A DNA stretch of 22,367 nucleotides from Candidatus Segetimicrobium genomatis (GTDB lineage Bacteria; Sysuimicrobiota; Sysuimicrobiia; Sysuimicrobiales; Kaftiobacteriaceae). A program made the translations under genes and the position numbers. The stretch lies in assembly GCA_005882335.1 (NCBI GenBank), contig VBAP01000005.1, positions 53,217 through 75,583 of the forward strand, in the 5' to 3' direction. Position 1 is the first letter of the stretch, and each line of letters opens with the position of its first letter. The notes under the pieces are model-generated. The model ran no database searches. It had not been told where the DNA came from and worked only from the letters and a program-made list of their open reading frames with translations. Below, one piece after another: positions 1-8,500 of the stretch.

Positions 1-1147
1 GGAAAACCACCCGGCCCCGCCGAGTGCTCATGCGGCCCTCGGGAAGCGGGATGAGTCCGAAATCCACGTGGATGTAGTCCACGTCGCCGAACCCGAGCTT
101 GCGGAGGGTGGCAAACAACTGCTGGAAGTGCAGCCGCTGGTCGGAGCCGACGACGTAAAGGATCTTGGCAGGATGGAATGTCTGGATCCGGTAGATCGCT
201 GTGGCCAGATCACGCGTGTGATAGAGGGTCGCCCCGTCGCTGCGGCGCAGGATCAGCGGGGTCTTGATCCCCACGTCCTCCAGCCGGACGATCAAGGCGC
301 CCTGATCTTCCACCGCAATGCCCAGACGGAGCGCGGTGTCAATCACCTCGCCCATCTTGTCTTCGTAAAAGCTCTCCCCCAGCGTGTAATCGAATCGTAC
401 CTCGAGCAGATCGTAGATCTTCTGAAACGCGGCCAGGCTGTGACGGACAAACTCCTGCCACAGGCGGCGGGCATCGGGGTCTCCCCGCTCCAGCCGCAGG
501 TGCCACTGCCGGGCCTGGTCCCGCAGCGATGGATCGCGGCGGGCTTCCGCATCGAACTTCACGTACAGACGCAGCAGTTCGCCGACCGGGTCACGCTCGT
601 AGGCCTCGCGATCCAGCTAGGTGTGGTACGCATACAGCAGCGTCCCGAACTGCGTGCCCCAGTCGCCGAGATGATTGTCGCCGATCGGCCGGTAGTCTGC
701 GAACTTGTGGAGCCCGTACAACGCCGCGCCGATGATGGTGGAGCGCAGGTGCCCTACCGACATCTGCCGGGCCACGTTAGGCGCGGAGAAGTCGATCACC
801 ACCGTGCGCCCGCCGCCGGTATCGTTGCTCCCGTAGCGGTCGCCCAGCCGCCGCAGGTCGCCCATCACCCCTGCCGCAAACGCCGCGCGCGCAAAGGTCA
901 CATTGAGGTAGCCGCCGCTGGCGTGCGCCGACTCGAGGAGCGGACCCAGCTTCATGGCACCCGCCAGTCGAGTGGCGATCTCCTGAGGAGCCGCGCGCAG
1001 CGTTGCGGCCAGCGGGAAGCACGGGATGGCGAGGTCGGCGGCGACACCGGCCGGCGGGATCGCCAGTGAGAGGCCGACCTCTGCGCCTGCGGCCCGGCGC
1101 GTCGCTTCCAGCGCCTCGCGCTTGGCGGCCTCATACGTGTAGACCAT
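1..1147 (-). CDS. argS: Arginyl-tRNA synthetase, N-terminal ~380 aa. The 3' end runs off the window edge. An in-frame TAG at 617-619 interrupts the reading frame (...[35 protein letters not shown]...). The likely start is ATG at 1145-1147 ([15 protein letters not shown]...), not the upstream Met given in the ORF track.
   Basis: ORF 617..1198 (-) carries ArgRS hallmarks: an Add-1 N-terminal domain and the class-I motif [22 protein letters not shown] translated the minus strand below 616 by hand and it continues in the same frame with ArgRS-like sequence and no start codon, so the TAG is inside the gene and does not end it. Confidence 0.85.
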
Positions 1148-1153
1148 GCCAGC

Positions 1154-1159
1154 ATTATA
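1154..1159 (-). promoter_or_regulatory. Perfect TATAAT -10 box on the minus strand. It sits 6 nt upstream of the argS ATG, so the argS transcript is probably leaderless. No convincing -35 box.
   Basis: The plus strand reads 'attata' at 1154-1159 and 'cat' at 1145-1147. There is no Shine-Dalgarno sequence between them. Confidence 0.4.
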
Positions 1160-1266
1160 CGCGGGGGCGCGAACTACCGGGAACGGGGGAACCCCCACGC
1201 TCGCCTAGCGAGCTCGGGGCGGTGCGCGGGAACGCGAGAACAACCCCCCACGAGAGGATTAGGTCG

Positions 1267-1306
1267 CGTTCCCGTGTTCCCGCGATCCCGTGTTCCCGTC
1301 TGTTTG
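1267..1306. repeat. Tandem octamer repeat: four good units of YGTTCCCG plus one degenerate unit. It lies between the anmK stop and the argS promoter. Further GGGAAC/GTTCCC copies occur at ~1180-1195 and ~1227-1240.
   Basis: Direct reading of the sequence: cgttcccg tgttcccg cgatcccg tgttcccg tctgtttg. Confidence 0.6.
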
Positions 1307-1313
1307 AGGCAGT

Positions 1314-2495
1314 TCAAGCAGGAACGAGTTTGCCCAGGACCACGGGATGCGCGGCGCCGGTCGCCGAGGGGACGTTACCGGGGTTGCCGGCCACCGCTTC
1401 GTTGGCGAGGATCGCGAACGCCACCGCCTCTTTGGCCAGGCTTGCGATCCCCCACTCGTCTGTCGTGCGCACCTGTGCCGGCCGGAGGGAGCGGGCCAGC
1501 CATTGCCGCAACACGGGATTATGGCTGCCTCCTCCACCGATGATCACGTCGTCGAGAGGGCCCCGGGGGAGCAGGAACGCCCGGTACGCGCGGGCGATGG
1601 ACTCCACCGTCAGCAGCGTGGCTGTGGCTACGACGTCGACGTCCGACAAACCGCGCTGCCGGGCTGAGGCCAGCAATCCTGCCGCATACCCATGACCGAA
1701 CTTTTCGCGCCCGGTCGTCTTGGGCGGCGGCGACGCGAAATACGGATCCGCCAGCAGCGTTTCCACCAGCGCCTCATCTGGCCTGCCGGCGGCGGCCAGC
1801 CCGCCGTCGCGATCAAACTCCTTCGCCCCGCCGCTGATCAGCTCAACCACACCGTTGATCACCATGTTGCCGGGACCCGTGTCGAAAGCCAGAACGGCGT
1901 CGATGCCGCCGCCAGGGGGCAGATAGCTGACGTTGCCGATGCCCCCCAGGTTCTGCACGGCGCGTCCCCGGCGTGCGTCGCGGAACAACAGGTAGTCGGC
2001 GTAGGTAACCAGGGGCGCCCCCTGCCCGCCCGCGGCCATGTCCCGGACGCGAAAGTCACTCACCACCGGAATGCCGAGGCGTTCAGCGATCACGGCCGCC
2101 TCTCCAATCTGCAGAGTCGATCCAGCGCCGGCGGATTGGGGTGGAATGTGATAGATGGTCTGGCCGTGCGAGCCGATCAGGTGCACCTGGTCTGGCCGCA
2201 GCTTCGCGGCGGCGATGGCCTCCGCGGCGGCCTGCGCCAGCAACCCCCCGAGGCGGAAGTTGAACACACAGATTCGCTCCACCGTCCCCGTGTACGGGGA
2301 GAACAGCGCGAACAGCTCCCGGCGATCCTGTGATGGATAGGGGACGGTGACAGACGCGATCATCTCGACCCGGGTCTGCACGCCGGATCCATGCACGCGC
2401 GCCACGGCCCCGTCGATCCCGTCCGCCGATGTGCCGGACATCAACCCCACAATGATCTTGGGATCCGCGGCTCGGAGAGCCGCCCAGTCCGTCAC
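1314..2495 (-). CDS. anmK: Anhydro-N-acetylmuramic acid kinase.
   Basis: 393-aa ORF with an AnmK-like N-terminus (IIVGLMSGTSADGIDGAV) and an ASKHA-fold kinase pattern. Its start codon overlaps the upstream murQ stop by 4 nt. Confidence 0.85.
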   Translation of the reverse strand: MTDWAALRAADPKIIVGLMSGTSADGIDGAVARVHGSGVQTRVEMIASVTVPYPSQDRRELFALFSPYTGTVERICVFNFRLGGLLAQAAAEAIAAAKLRPDQVHLIGSHGQTIYHIPPQSAGAGSTLQIGEAAVIAERLGIPVVSDFRVRDMAAGGQGAPLVTYADYLLFRDARRGRAVQNLGGIGNVSYLPPGGGIDAVLAFDTGPGNMVINGVVELISGGAKEFDRDGGLAAAGRPDEALVETLLADPYFASPPPKTTGREKFGHGYAAGLLASARQRGLSDVDVVATATLLTVESIARAYRAFLLPRGPLDDVIIGGGGSHNPVLRQWLARSLRPAQVRTTDEWGIASLAKEAVAFAILANEAVAGNPGNVPSATGAAHPVVLGKLVPA

Positions 2496-3418
2496 GATCG
2501 CATCTCCGGGCCGCCGGACGCGTGCTGCAACGCGACGCGGACGGCCCCGTCCGCTTGGACCAGAAGCGCCCGCGCACGTTCGCGGCTCACGCCGGTACGG
2601 GCCATGACGATCGCCGTTTTCACGTCTCCGCCGGCCCGGCCCAGCCAGGCCCGCGCGTCCTCAGGTGAACAGTCCACAGCCTGGGCAATCATCCACACCG
2701 CCCTCACGGCGAGCTTCGCGTTGCGCGGCTGCACTTCAACCATCAGATTGCTGTACACCTTGTCCAACCGGACCATCGTCGCCGTGGTCAGCATGTTGCA
2801 GACCAACTTCTGCGCGGTCCCCGCCTTCATCCGCGTGGAACCGGTCAGCACCTCCGGCCCCACCAGCGGCGTGATGGCAATGCCGGCCGCCTGGGCGAGC
2901 GGCGATCCCGGCACGCAGGTGATGGCCACCGTCATCGCACCGCGGCGGTGCGCCTCGCGCAAGGCGCCAAGCGTAAAGGGCGTGGTGCCGCTGGCGGCCA
3001 GCCCCACGACGATGTCGCGTGAGCCCACGGATTGCTGCGCAATCAGATCCGCCCCCAGCGCCGGATCATCCTCCAGTTCCGCAGCGGAACCCGCCTCCGC
3101 CGCGCCGCCGCCGGCGACGATGGCCTGGACCATCTCAGGAGCGACGCCGAACGTCGGCGGGCACTCCAGCGCGTCCAACAGGCCAATCCGGCCGCTGCTG
3201 CCTGCCCCCACATAGATCAGCCGGCCTCCCCCCCGCAGCGCGCCAGCCGCCGCTTCTACCGCCTTGGCGATCTGCGGAATCTGCGCGGCGACGGCGTCGG
3301 CCACCGTGCGGTCCTCAGCATTGATCACCTGAAGCATCTGCTCGCTGGACAAGAGGTCAAGATCCATGGACCGGGGATTCCGCATCTCAGTGACCGGCAG
3401 CGCCTTCTCGTCATTCAT
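2492..3418 (-). CDS. murQ: N-acetylmuramic acid 6-phosphate etherase (SIS domain).
   Basis: 308-aa ORF. The N-terminus TEMRNPRSMDLDLLS matches MurQ. A SIS-domain glycine-rich segment (VGAGSSGRIGLLDA) is present. It is translationally coupled to anmK. Confidence 0.85.
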   Translation of the reverse strand: MNDEKALPVTEMRNPRSMDLDLLSSEQMLQVINAEDRTVADAVAAQIPQIAKAVEAAAGALRGGGRLIYVGAGSSGRIGLLDALECPPTFGVAPEMVQAIVAGGGAAEAGSAAELEDDPALGADLIAQQSVGSRDIVVGLAASGTTPFTLGALREAHRRGAMTVAITCVPGSPLAQAAGIAITPLVGPEVLTGSTRMKAGTAQKLVCNMLTTATMVRLDKVYSNLMVEVQPRNAKLAVRAVWMIAQAVDCSPEDARAWLGRAGGDVKTAIVMARTGVSRERARALLVQADGAVRVALQHASGGPEMRS

Positions 3419-4563
3419 CGCTCCATCGCCTCGATCACGGCGTCGTGGAACTGTGCTCGAAATGATTCGATGGCCGTGGTGGTGGCGCGGGGGTGCACGC
3501 GGTTCGTCAGCAGGACCACCACCAATGCCCGCGGCGGGTCGACCAGCAGTGAGGTGCCGGTGAACCCCGTATGTCCGAATGCGGCGGGGGAGGCGCGAAC
3601 TCCCATGAAGGCGCTACCGCGCCGGCAGCGCCAGCCCAGCCCCCGGGCGTCCTCGAGCCCCCCAGTATGATCCCGGGTCGCTTCGGCCACGGTGGTCTGG
3701 GCCAACACCGCGCCGTGTGGTGCGGCCCCGCCATCCAACATCACCTGCCCGAAGCGGCCGACGTCCTCAGCAGTGGAAAAGAGTCCGGCATGCCCTGCGA
3801 CGCCGTGATACAGATAGTAACTGTTCCCGTCGTGCACCTCACCGCAGATGACGCGGGTGCGCCAGCGGAAACCGACGCCTTCCTCGCCGGCCGCGGCGCG
3901 CTCGAATTCGTTGCCTGCTTCCGTGGCCACACAACGCGACCGCCAGGCCGCCGGCGGCCGGAACCGCGTGCGCCGCCATCCCACCAGTGGCGCGATCCGG
4001 GCATCGAGATGGTCGTCGAGCGGCAGTCCTCCGCGGGCGCGGACGAGTTCACCCAGCACGATGAATCCCAGATCGCTGTACTCCACACGCGCTCCCGGCG
4101 GAGATTGCGGCGGAAACGCGCCGATGTGCCGCAGCGCGTCGGCCGGGGTGTGCGCATGCAGGTACAACCGGATCCACGCGGGCAGCCCGGACGTGTGTGT
4201 GAGCAGATGCCGCACCGTCACCGCCTGCTTGCCTGCGGCGCCAAAGACCGGCAGGTAGTCCGCCACCGGGCGATCGAGATCGAGAGCTTTCTGCTCCCAC
4301 AGCTGCAGTACTGCGGTGGCCGTGGCGATGGGTTTGGTCAGCGATGCGAGGTCAAACACGGCATCCGGCCGCATTGCGCGCCGCCTCGGAGTGACGGCCG
4401 CCCATCCGAAGGCCTGCTGCCACTCGATGCGATGTTCACGGCGGACGTGCACGACCGCCCCAGGAAATATCCCGGCCGCCAGGGCCTGCTCCACGAGCCG
4501 CCGGACCGGCGCGAGCTGCGCCGAGTGAAACGGCACGCGCGCGGCCGACGGCATAGGCCTCAT
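3415..4563 (-). CDS. Beta-lactamase/transpeptidase-fold serine hydrolase (AmpH/esterase-like). The likely start is ATG at 4561-4563 (MRPMPSAARV...). The long N-terminal extension in the track ORF, up to 5052, overlaps htrA and is probably not translated.
   Basis: It has the S-x-x-K active-site motif (ASLTKP) and class-C/AmpH-like downstream motifs. Its stop overlaps the murQ start by 4 nt. Confidence 0.7.
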   Translation of the reverse strand: MRPMPSAARVPFHSAQLAPVRRLVEQALAAGIFPGAVVHVRREHRIEWQQAFGWAAVTPRRRAMRPDAVFDLASLTKPIATATAVLQLWEQKALDLDRPVADYLPVFGAAGKQAVTVRHLLTHTSGLPAWIRLYLHAHTPADALRHIGAFPPQSPPGARVEYSDLGFIVLGELVRARGGLPLDDHLDARIAPLVGWRRTRFRPPAAWRSRCVATEAGNEFERAAAGEEGVGFRWRTRVICGEVHDGNSYYLYHGVAGHAGLFSTAEDVGRFGQVMLDGGAAPHGAVLAQTTVAEATRDHTGGLEDARGLGWRCRRGSAFMGVRASPAAFGHTGFTGTSLLVDPPRALVVVLLTNRVHPRATTTAIESFRAQFHDAVIEAMER

Positions 4564-4571
4564 GCCAGAAT

Positions 4572-4596
4572 GGTCAGGCAGCGGGACCGCCTGACC
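4572..4596. other. Perfect 8-bp inverted repeat (GGTCAGGC-9 nt-GCCTGACC). It lies between the htrA stop and the hydrolase start and may be an intra-operon attenuator or RNA-processing hairpin.
   Basis: Direct reading of the sequence. Confidence 0.35.
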
Positions 4597-4609
4597 GGGC
4601 GACCGCCCT

Positions 4610-5734
4610 TCACTGCGTGCGCTGGGCGAGCGTAACGACGAAGGTGCGACGGCCGCCGTCGCGGATGACCTCGAGGCGCACGCGATCCCCCGGCCGGCGG
4701 GTAAACAGCTCGCGGATGAATTCGTTCCAATTGGCCACCGGCTTGCCATCCACGGCCACGATGATATCGCCGGCCAGCAGACCCGCCGTGGCGGCGGGGC
4801 CATTCGCGTCCACTTCGCGCACGATGATCCCATGGTCCACCGGCAGACTGTACTGGCTGGCGATGCTGCGATCCACATCGCCGCCCCACACCACGCCGAC
4901 GTAGGGGCGGACCACGCGGCCACCACGGATGAGCTGATCCATAATGGCCCGCGCACTGTCGATGGGGATGGCAAACCCGATTCCCTGGGCGTTGGGGACG
5001 ATCGCGGTATTGATGCCGACGACCGACCCCGCGCTGTCGGCCAGTGCCCCACCGCTGTTGCCGGGGTTAATGGCGGCGTCGGTCTGGATCAGGTTCTCGA
5101 TAATCAATCCGGGCACCTGAATACTTCGGTTGAGCGCACTGACCACACCCACCGTCACCGTGTGACCCAGCCCAAAGGGGTTGCCGATCGCCACCGCCAG
5201 CTGGCCGACCCGCAGCGTACCGGATGTGCCGAGGTCGGCGGCGGGCAGCCGCTCGGCGGTCGCGACTTTCACGACCGCGATGTCGGAGAATCGGTCGGCG
5301 CCGACCAGGCGCGCCGAGTAGGATTTCCCGGAGAGCAATGTGACTTTGATCTGCTGGGCGCCCTCCACCACGTGGTTGTTGGTGAGGATGTAGCCGTCCG
5401 GGCTGACGATCACCCCGGAACCTGCACCCTCCTGCGGGAAGACGCCGAGGACCGTCTGCACTTGCGCCACCGTGTTGATGTTGACCACGGATGGCCGCAC
5501 GCGCTCCACCACGCTGATGATCGCCGACTCTTCGGACACCAGCGGGCGCGGAGCCGGCGACGGGGCCGGCACCTGTGCTTGCGGCGGGGGCAGGGTCGCC
5601 GCCGGGGCGGTCTCGGCCAGTTGCGGCCCGCCGCCGAAGAACCGTGGAAGCACCGCGGTCCCCAGCGCGCTGCCGACCAGGGCGGCCGCGACCAGCAGGA
5701 TCAGTAATCCACCGGGCGTTGACTTCAGACGCAT
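4610..5734 (-). CDS. htrA: HtrA/DegP-family trypsin-like serine protease. It has an N-terminal membrane anchor or signal sequence and one C-terminal PDZ domain. The likely start is ATG at 5732-5734 (MRLKSTPGGLLILLVAAALVG...).
   Basis: Catalytic triad context: NNHVVEGA (His), DIAVVKV (Asp), GNSGGAL (Ser). A strong CAGGAGGG Shine-Dalgarno sequence sits 7 nt upstream of the 5734 ATG on the minus strand. The track start at 5848 adds 38 unlikely residues. Confidence 0.8.
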   Translation of the reverse strand: MRLKSTPGGLLILLVAAALVGSALGTAVLPRFFGGGPQLAETAPAATLPPPQAQVPAPSPAPRPLVSEESAIISVVERVRPSVVNINTVAQVQTVLGVFPQEGAGSGVIVSPDGYILTNNHVVEGAQQIKVTLLSGKSYSARLVGADRFSDIAVVKVATAERLPAADLGTSGTLRVGQLAVAIGNPFGLGHTVTVGVVSALNRSIQVPGLIIENLIQTDAAINPGNSGGALADSAGSVVGINTAIVPNAQGIGFAIPIDSARAIMDQLIRGGRVVRPYVGVVWGGDVDRSIASQYSLPVDHGIIVREVDANGPAATAGLLAGDIIVAVDGKPVANWNEFIRELFTRRPGDRVRLEVIRDGGRRTFVVTLAQRTQ

Positions 5735-5876
5735 GAGCGAATCCCTCCTGACGAAGACGTTCCTATTATAACAACGGTTATCACAACGGCGAACAGCGAA
5801 CAGGGAACAAGTAGAAAAGACAGACTCGAACTTCGCATTGATGGGCAAGGCATTTGTTATGATTCGCCGTCGTCGT

Positions 5877-5906
5877 TTGCCGGGCAGGGCATCCGTGGGC
5901 TATAAT
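5877..5906 (+). promoter_or_regulatory. Candidate sigma-70 promoter for accD: TTGCCG -35, an ~18-nt spacer and a perfect TATAAT -10 at 5901-5906. A second TATAAT lies on the minus strand at ~5765-5770, about 30 nt upstream of htrA, in the same AT-rich divergent intergenic region.
   Basis: Direct reading. This ~220-bp intergenic region is clearly more AT-rich than its flanks. Confidence 0.4.
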
Positions 5907-5956
5907 CTAAGAACTTCTAACAGAATCCATCCCTCATCCATCCAGGCGGGTGCGAC

Positions 5957-6832
5957 GTGCTGAATTGGCTGCGCCGCCCCAAATACGGATCCTTGGAGCG
6001 CCGGGAGATGCCCGCGGGCATCTGGGCGAAGTGCCCGCGGTGCCGGAACCTCATCTACCGCAAGGAGCTGGAGCGGAACCTGAAGGTGTGCCCGAAATGC
6101 GCCTACCATCACCGGCTGACCGCCGTGGAACGTCTCGAGATCACCCTGGACGAAAATAGCTTCCGAGAATACGACCCCGGTCTCACGTCCACCGATCCCC
6201 TGGGATTTGAGAACTACCCTGCGAAACTGTCCGAAGCCCGGGCCAAGACCGACCAGGCTGAAGCGGTGATCACCGGTGAGGGCACCATCGATGGGTGGCA
6301 GACGATCATCGGAGCCCTCGACTTCAACTTCATGGGCGGCTCGATGGGCTCGGCGGTCGGGGAGAAGGTGGCACGAGCCGCCGAACGATCGTACGAGCAG
6401 CGCCTCCCGCTGGTGATTTTCTCCGCATCGGGGGGCGCGCGGATGCAGGAGGGCGTCCTCTCCCTGATGCAACTGGCAAAAACGAGCGCGGCCATCGGGC
6501 GGATCCACGATGCCGGGCTCCCCTATCTCTCCGTGATGTGCGATCCCACCACCGGAGGCGTCACGGCGAGCTTTGCATTCCTCGGCGATGTGATCCTGGC
6601 CGAGCCCGGCGCCCTGATTGGGTTCGCCGGTCGCCGCGTGATCGAGCAAACCATCCGCCGTAAGCTGCCCGATGATTTCCAGACCGCGGAGTTCTGCCTG
6701 CAGAAGGGCTTGATCGACATGGTGGTGCCGCGCACCGAGATGCGCAGCGCCTTGGCCCGGCTGCTGGCGTTTGTCGGCGCCCCGCGGGTCTTGCCTGCGC
6801 CGATCGAGCCGGCACCCGCCGCGCAGCCATGA
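5957..6832 (+). CDS. accD: Acetyl-CoA carboxylase carboxyltransferase subunit beta (GTG start).
   Basis: N-terminal C4 zinc ribbon (CPRCRNLIY...CPKCAYH) followed by the carboxyltransferase domain (VIFSASGGARMQEG). Confidence 0.9.
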   Translation: MLNWLRRPKYGSLERREMPAGIWAKCPRCRNLIYRKELERNLKVCPKCAYHHRLTAVERLEITLDENSFREYDPGLTSTDPLGFENYPAKLSEARAKTDQAEAVITGEGTIDGWQTIIGALDFNFMGGSMGSAVGEKVARAAERSYEQRLPLVIFSASGGARMQEGVLSLMQLAKTSAAIGRIHDAGLPYLSVMCDPTTGGVTASFAFLGDVILAEPGALIGFAGRRVIEQTIRRKLPDDFQTAEFCLQKGLIDMVVPRTEMRSALARLLAFVGAPRVLPAPIEPAPAAQP

Positions 6833-7854
6833 CGGAGCGGACCTCCTCCCCCGCCGCGGACTTAGACCGCCAGCTGGCCGACTTGGAGCAAGAGATCGAG
6901 CGTCTGCGGAAGCGAGCCCGGGAGCAGTCCGTCTCTGTCGATGCGGAGCTCGGGCCGCTGCTGGAACGCGCCGACCACCTGCGCGTGCAGATTTATACGA
7001 ATCCGTCCCCCTGGCATATCGTCCAGCTGGCCCGGCAGAGCCAGCGGCCGCGCCTGCTGGATTTCGTGGGCTCCCTCTGCTCAGATGTGATGGAGTTACA
7101 CGGCGACCGGCTGTACCGGGACGATCCTGCCCTGCTGGCGGCTCTGGCGCGGTTTGACGGCCGGCCGGTGGTGGTGATCGGCCATAATAAAGGGAAGGAC
7201 ACCAAGGAAAACATCGCCCGGAACTTCGGGATGCCCTACCCCGAGGGGTACCGCAAGGCGCTACGGGCGATGCGGCTGGCCGAAAAGTTCCGCTATCCGG
7301 TAATCTCCTTCGTCGACACCCCCGGTGCCTATCCCGGAGATGAAGCCGAAGAGCGGGGCCAGGCCGAAGCCATCGCCCGCAACATCCAGGAGATGAGCCG
7401 TTTGCGTGTGCCGCTGGTCGTCGTGATCACCGGCGAAGGGGGCAGCGGCGGCGCGTTGGCCATCGCGGTAGGCGACGTGGTGCTGATGCTGCAGTACGCC
7501 GTCTACACTGTGATCTCGCCGGAAGGCTGCGCCGCCATCCTGTGGCACGATGCATCGCGGGCCCGTGACGCGGCGGAGGCGCTCAAACTGACGGCGCAGG
7601 ATCTACAGACTTTAGGCGTGGTCGATGAGGTACTGCCCGAGCCATTCGGAGGCGCTCACCGCGATCCCGACGCAACATTTGCCGCGGTGCGCGAGGCGCT
7701 CGGGCGGCACCTGCAGGCATTGCGTGAGGTGCCCATCGAAGTCCTCCTTGACCGGCGCTACAAGAAGTACCGGCGCATGGGCCGCATTCTTGAAGAATCA
7801 ACGCAATCTGCGCAATCTTCTCAATCTACGCGATCGCCGGCACAGGACGGGTGA
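6829..7854 (+). CDS. accA: Acetyl-CoA carboxylase carboxyltransferase subunit alpha. It has a low-complexity Q/S-rich C-terminal tail.
   Basis: AccA motifs (the FGMPYPEGYRKALR region, ITGEGGSGGALAI). Its start overlaps the accD stop by 4 nt (ATGA). Confidence 0.9.
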   Translation: MTERTSSPAADLDRQLADLEQEIERLRKRAREQSVSVDAELGPLLERADHLRVQIYTNPSPWHIVQLARQSQRPRLLDFVGSLCSDVMELHGDRLYRDDPALLAALARFDGRPVVVIGHNKGKDTKENIARNFGMPYPEGYRKALRAMRLAEKFRYPVISFVDTPGAYPGDEAEERGQAEAIARNIQEMSRLRVPLVVVITGEGGSGGALAIAVGDVVLMLQYAVYTVISPEGCAAILWHDASRARDAAEALKLTAQDLQTLGVVDEVLPEPFGGAHRDPDATFAAVREALGRHLQALREVPIEVLLDRRYKKYRRMGRILEESTQSAQSSQSTRSPAQDG

Positions 7855-7895
7855 AGGTCGCGCAGACCTGGATTGGGTAGATTCGGGAGGCCGTA

Positions 7896-8372
7896 GTGGC
7901 TGAGCAGAAGCTCGACCTTGACGAGATCCGCGCGGTGATCCGGATTGCCAGCGAGTCGCCCGACGTCGCCGAATTGGAAGTCGAGTCGCCCACGCTGAAG
8001 ATTTCCGTGAAGAAAGTCCCTGGCGGGGTACGCGCGGTCATTTCGCAGCCCGCCGGGAACCCGGTCGCGGTCCACTCTCCGCCGGCCCATCCGGCCCCGG
8101 CCGCACCCGCCGTGACCGGTGACCATCTGGTCCCCGTCACCGCCCCGATGGTCGGTACGTTCTTTCGCGCGGCCAAGCCCGACGCGCCGCCGTTTGTCAG
8201 CGAGGGCGACATGGTCGAGACCGGCCAGACGGTGTGCATCATCGAGGCGATGAAATTGTTCAACGAGATTCAAAGCGAGGTCCGCGGCCGCATCGTCCGC
8301 ATACTGGTCGAAAATGCCTCCCCGGTCGAATACGGGCAATCTTTGATGCTCGTCGATACGACGGCCCCCTAA
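7896..8372 (+). CDS. accB: Biotin carboxyl carrier protein (GTG start).
   Basis: C-terminal biotinyl domain with the EAMKLFNEI biotinylation motif and a Pro/Ala-rich linker. A GGGAGG Shine-Dalgarno sequence lies upstream. Confidence 0.9.
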   Translation: MAEQKLDLDEIRAVIRIASESPDVAELEVESPTLKISVKKVPGGVRAVISQPAGNPVAVHSPPAHPAPAAPAVTGDHLVPVTAPMVGTFFRAAKPDAPPFVSEGDMVETGQTVCIIEAMKLFNEIQSEVRGRIVRILVENASPVEYGQSLMLVDTTAP

Positions 8373-8382
8373 ACAACGAAAA

Positions 8383-8500
8383 GGCGTCTACCAGGTCTAC
8401 AAGGTCTGCCAGGTCTACCAGGTCTACTGACGTACTCCTCGGCGCAGTCCAAGGAGGGAGACTTGGTAGACCTAGAAGACGTGGTAGACCTAGTAGACGC
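8383..8500. repeat. Large imperfect palindrome between accB and accC. The left arm (8383-8427) is five tandem 9-mers, GGCGTCTAC CAGGTCTAC AAGGTCTGC CAGGTCTAC CAGGTCTAC. The right arm (8462-8500) is its near reverse complement. The 34-nt loop between them (8428-8461) contains an AAGGAGGG Shine-Dalgarno-like sequence.
   Basis: Direct reading. The arms match at roughly 32 of 39 positions, with perfect 8-10-bp blocks. Confidence 0.7.

Noticed and set aside
617-619. Reassigned TAG codon or alternative genetic code as the explanation for the in-frame amber in argS.
   Set aside because: TAG terminates accC (9892-9894), the response regulator (11743-11745), the glycoside hydrolase (17390-17392) and the lipoprotein (18956-18958), directly before intergenic features. 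TAG is therefore a genuine stop in this genome.
68-1069. 333-aa plus-strand ORF.
   Set aside because: It is antisense to the clearly recognisable argS coding sequence. Its composition is R/A/G/P-rich, typical of spurious high-GC frames.
3571-4635. 354-aa plus-strand ORF.
   Set aside because: Antisense to the serine hydrolase gene. No domain-like sequence.
4564-5052. N-terminal 163-residue extension of track ORF 3415..5052.
   Set aside because: It overlaps the 3' end of htrA in another frame and is S/P/R/W-rich. The hydrolase most likely starts at the ATG at 4563.
4832-5707. 291-aa plus-strand ORF.
   Set aside because: Antisense to htrA. R/G/D-rich.
5838-5960. 40-codon ORF (MGKAFVMIRRRRLPGRASVGYN...) in the htrA/accD divergent promoter region.
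   Set aside because: It has no Shine-Dalgarno sequence, it overlaps the predicted accD -35/-10 elements, and its composition reflects the AT-rich promoter. Most likely not a gene.
8383-8500. Possible CRISPR array, suggested by tandem 9-mers and inverted repeats.
   Set aside because: The units are only 9 bp, directly abutting with no spacers, and the two arrays are reverse complements of each other. That makes it a palindromic structure, not repeat-spacer architecture.
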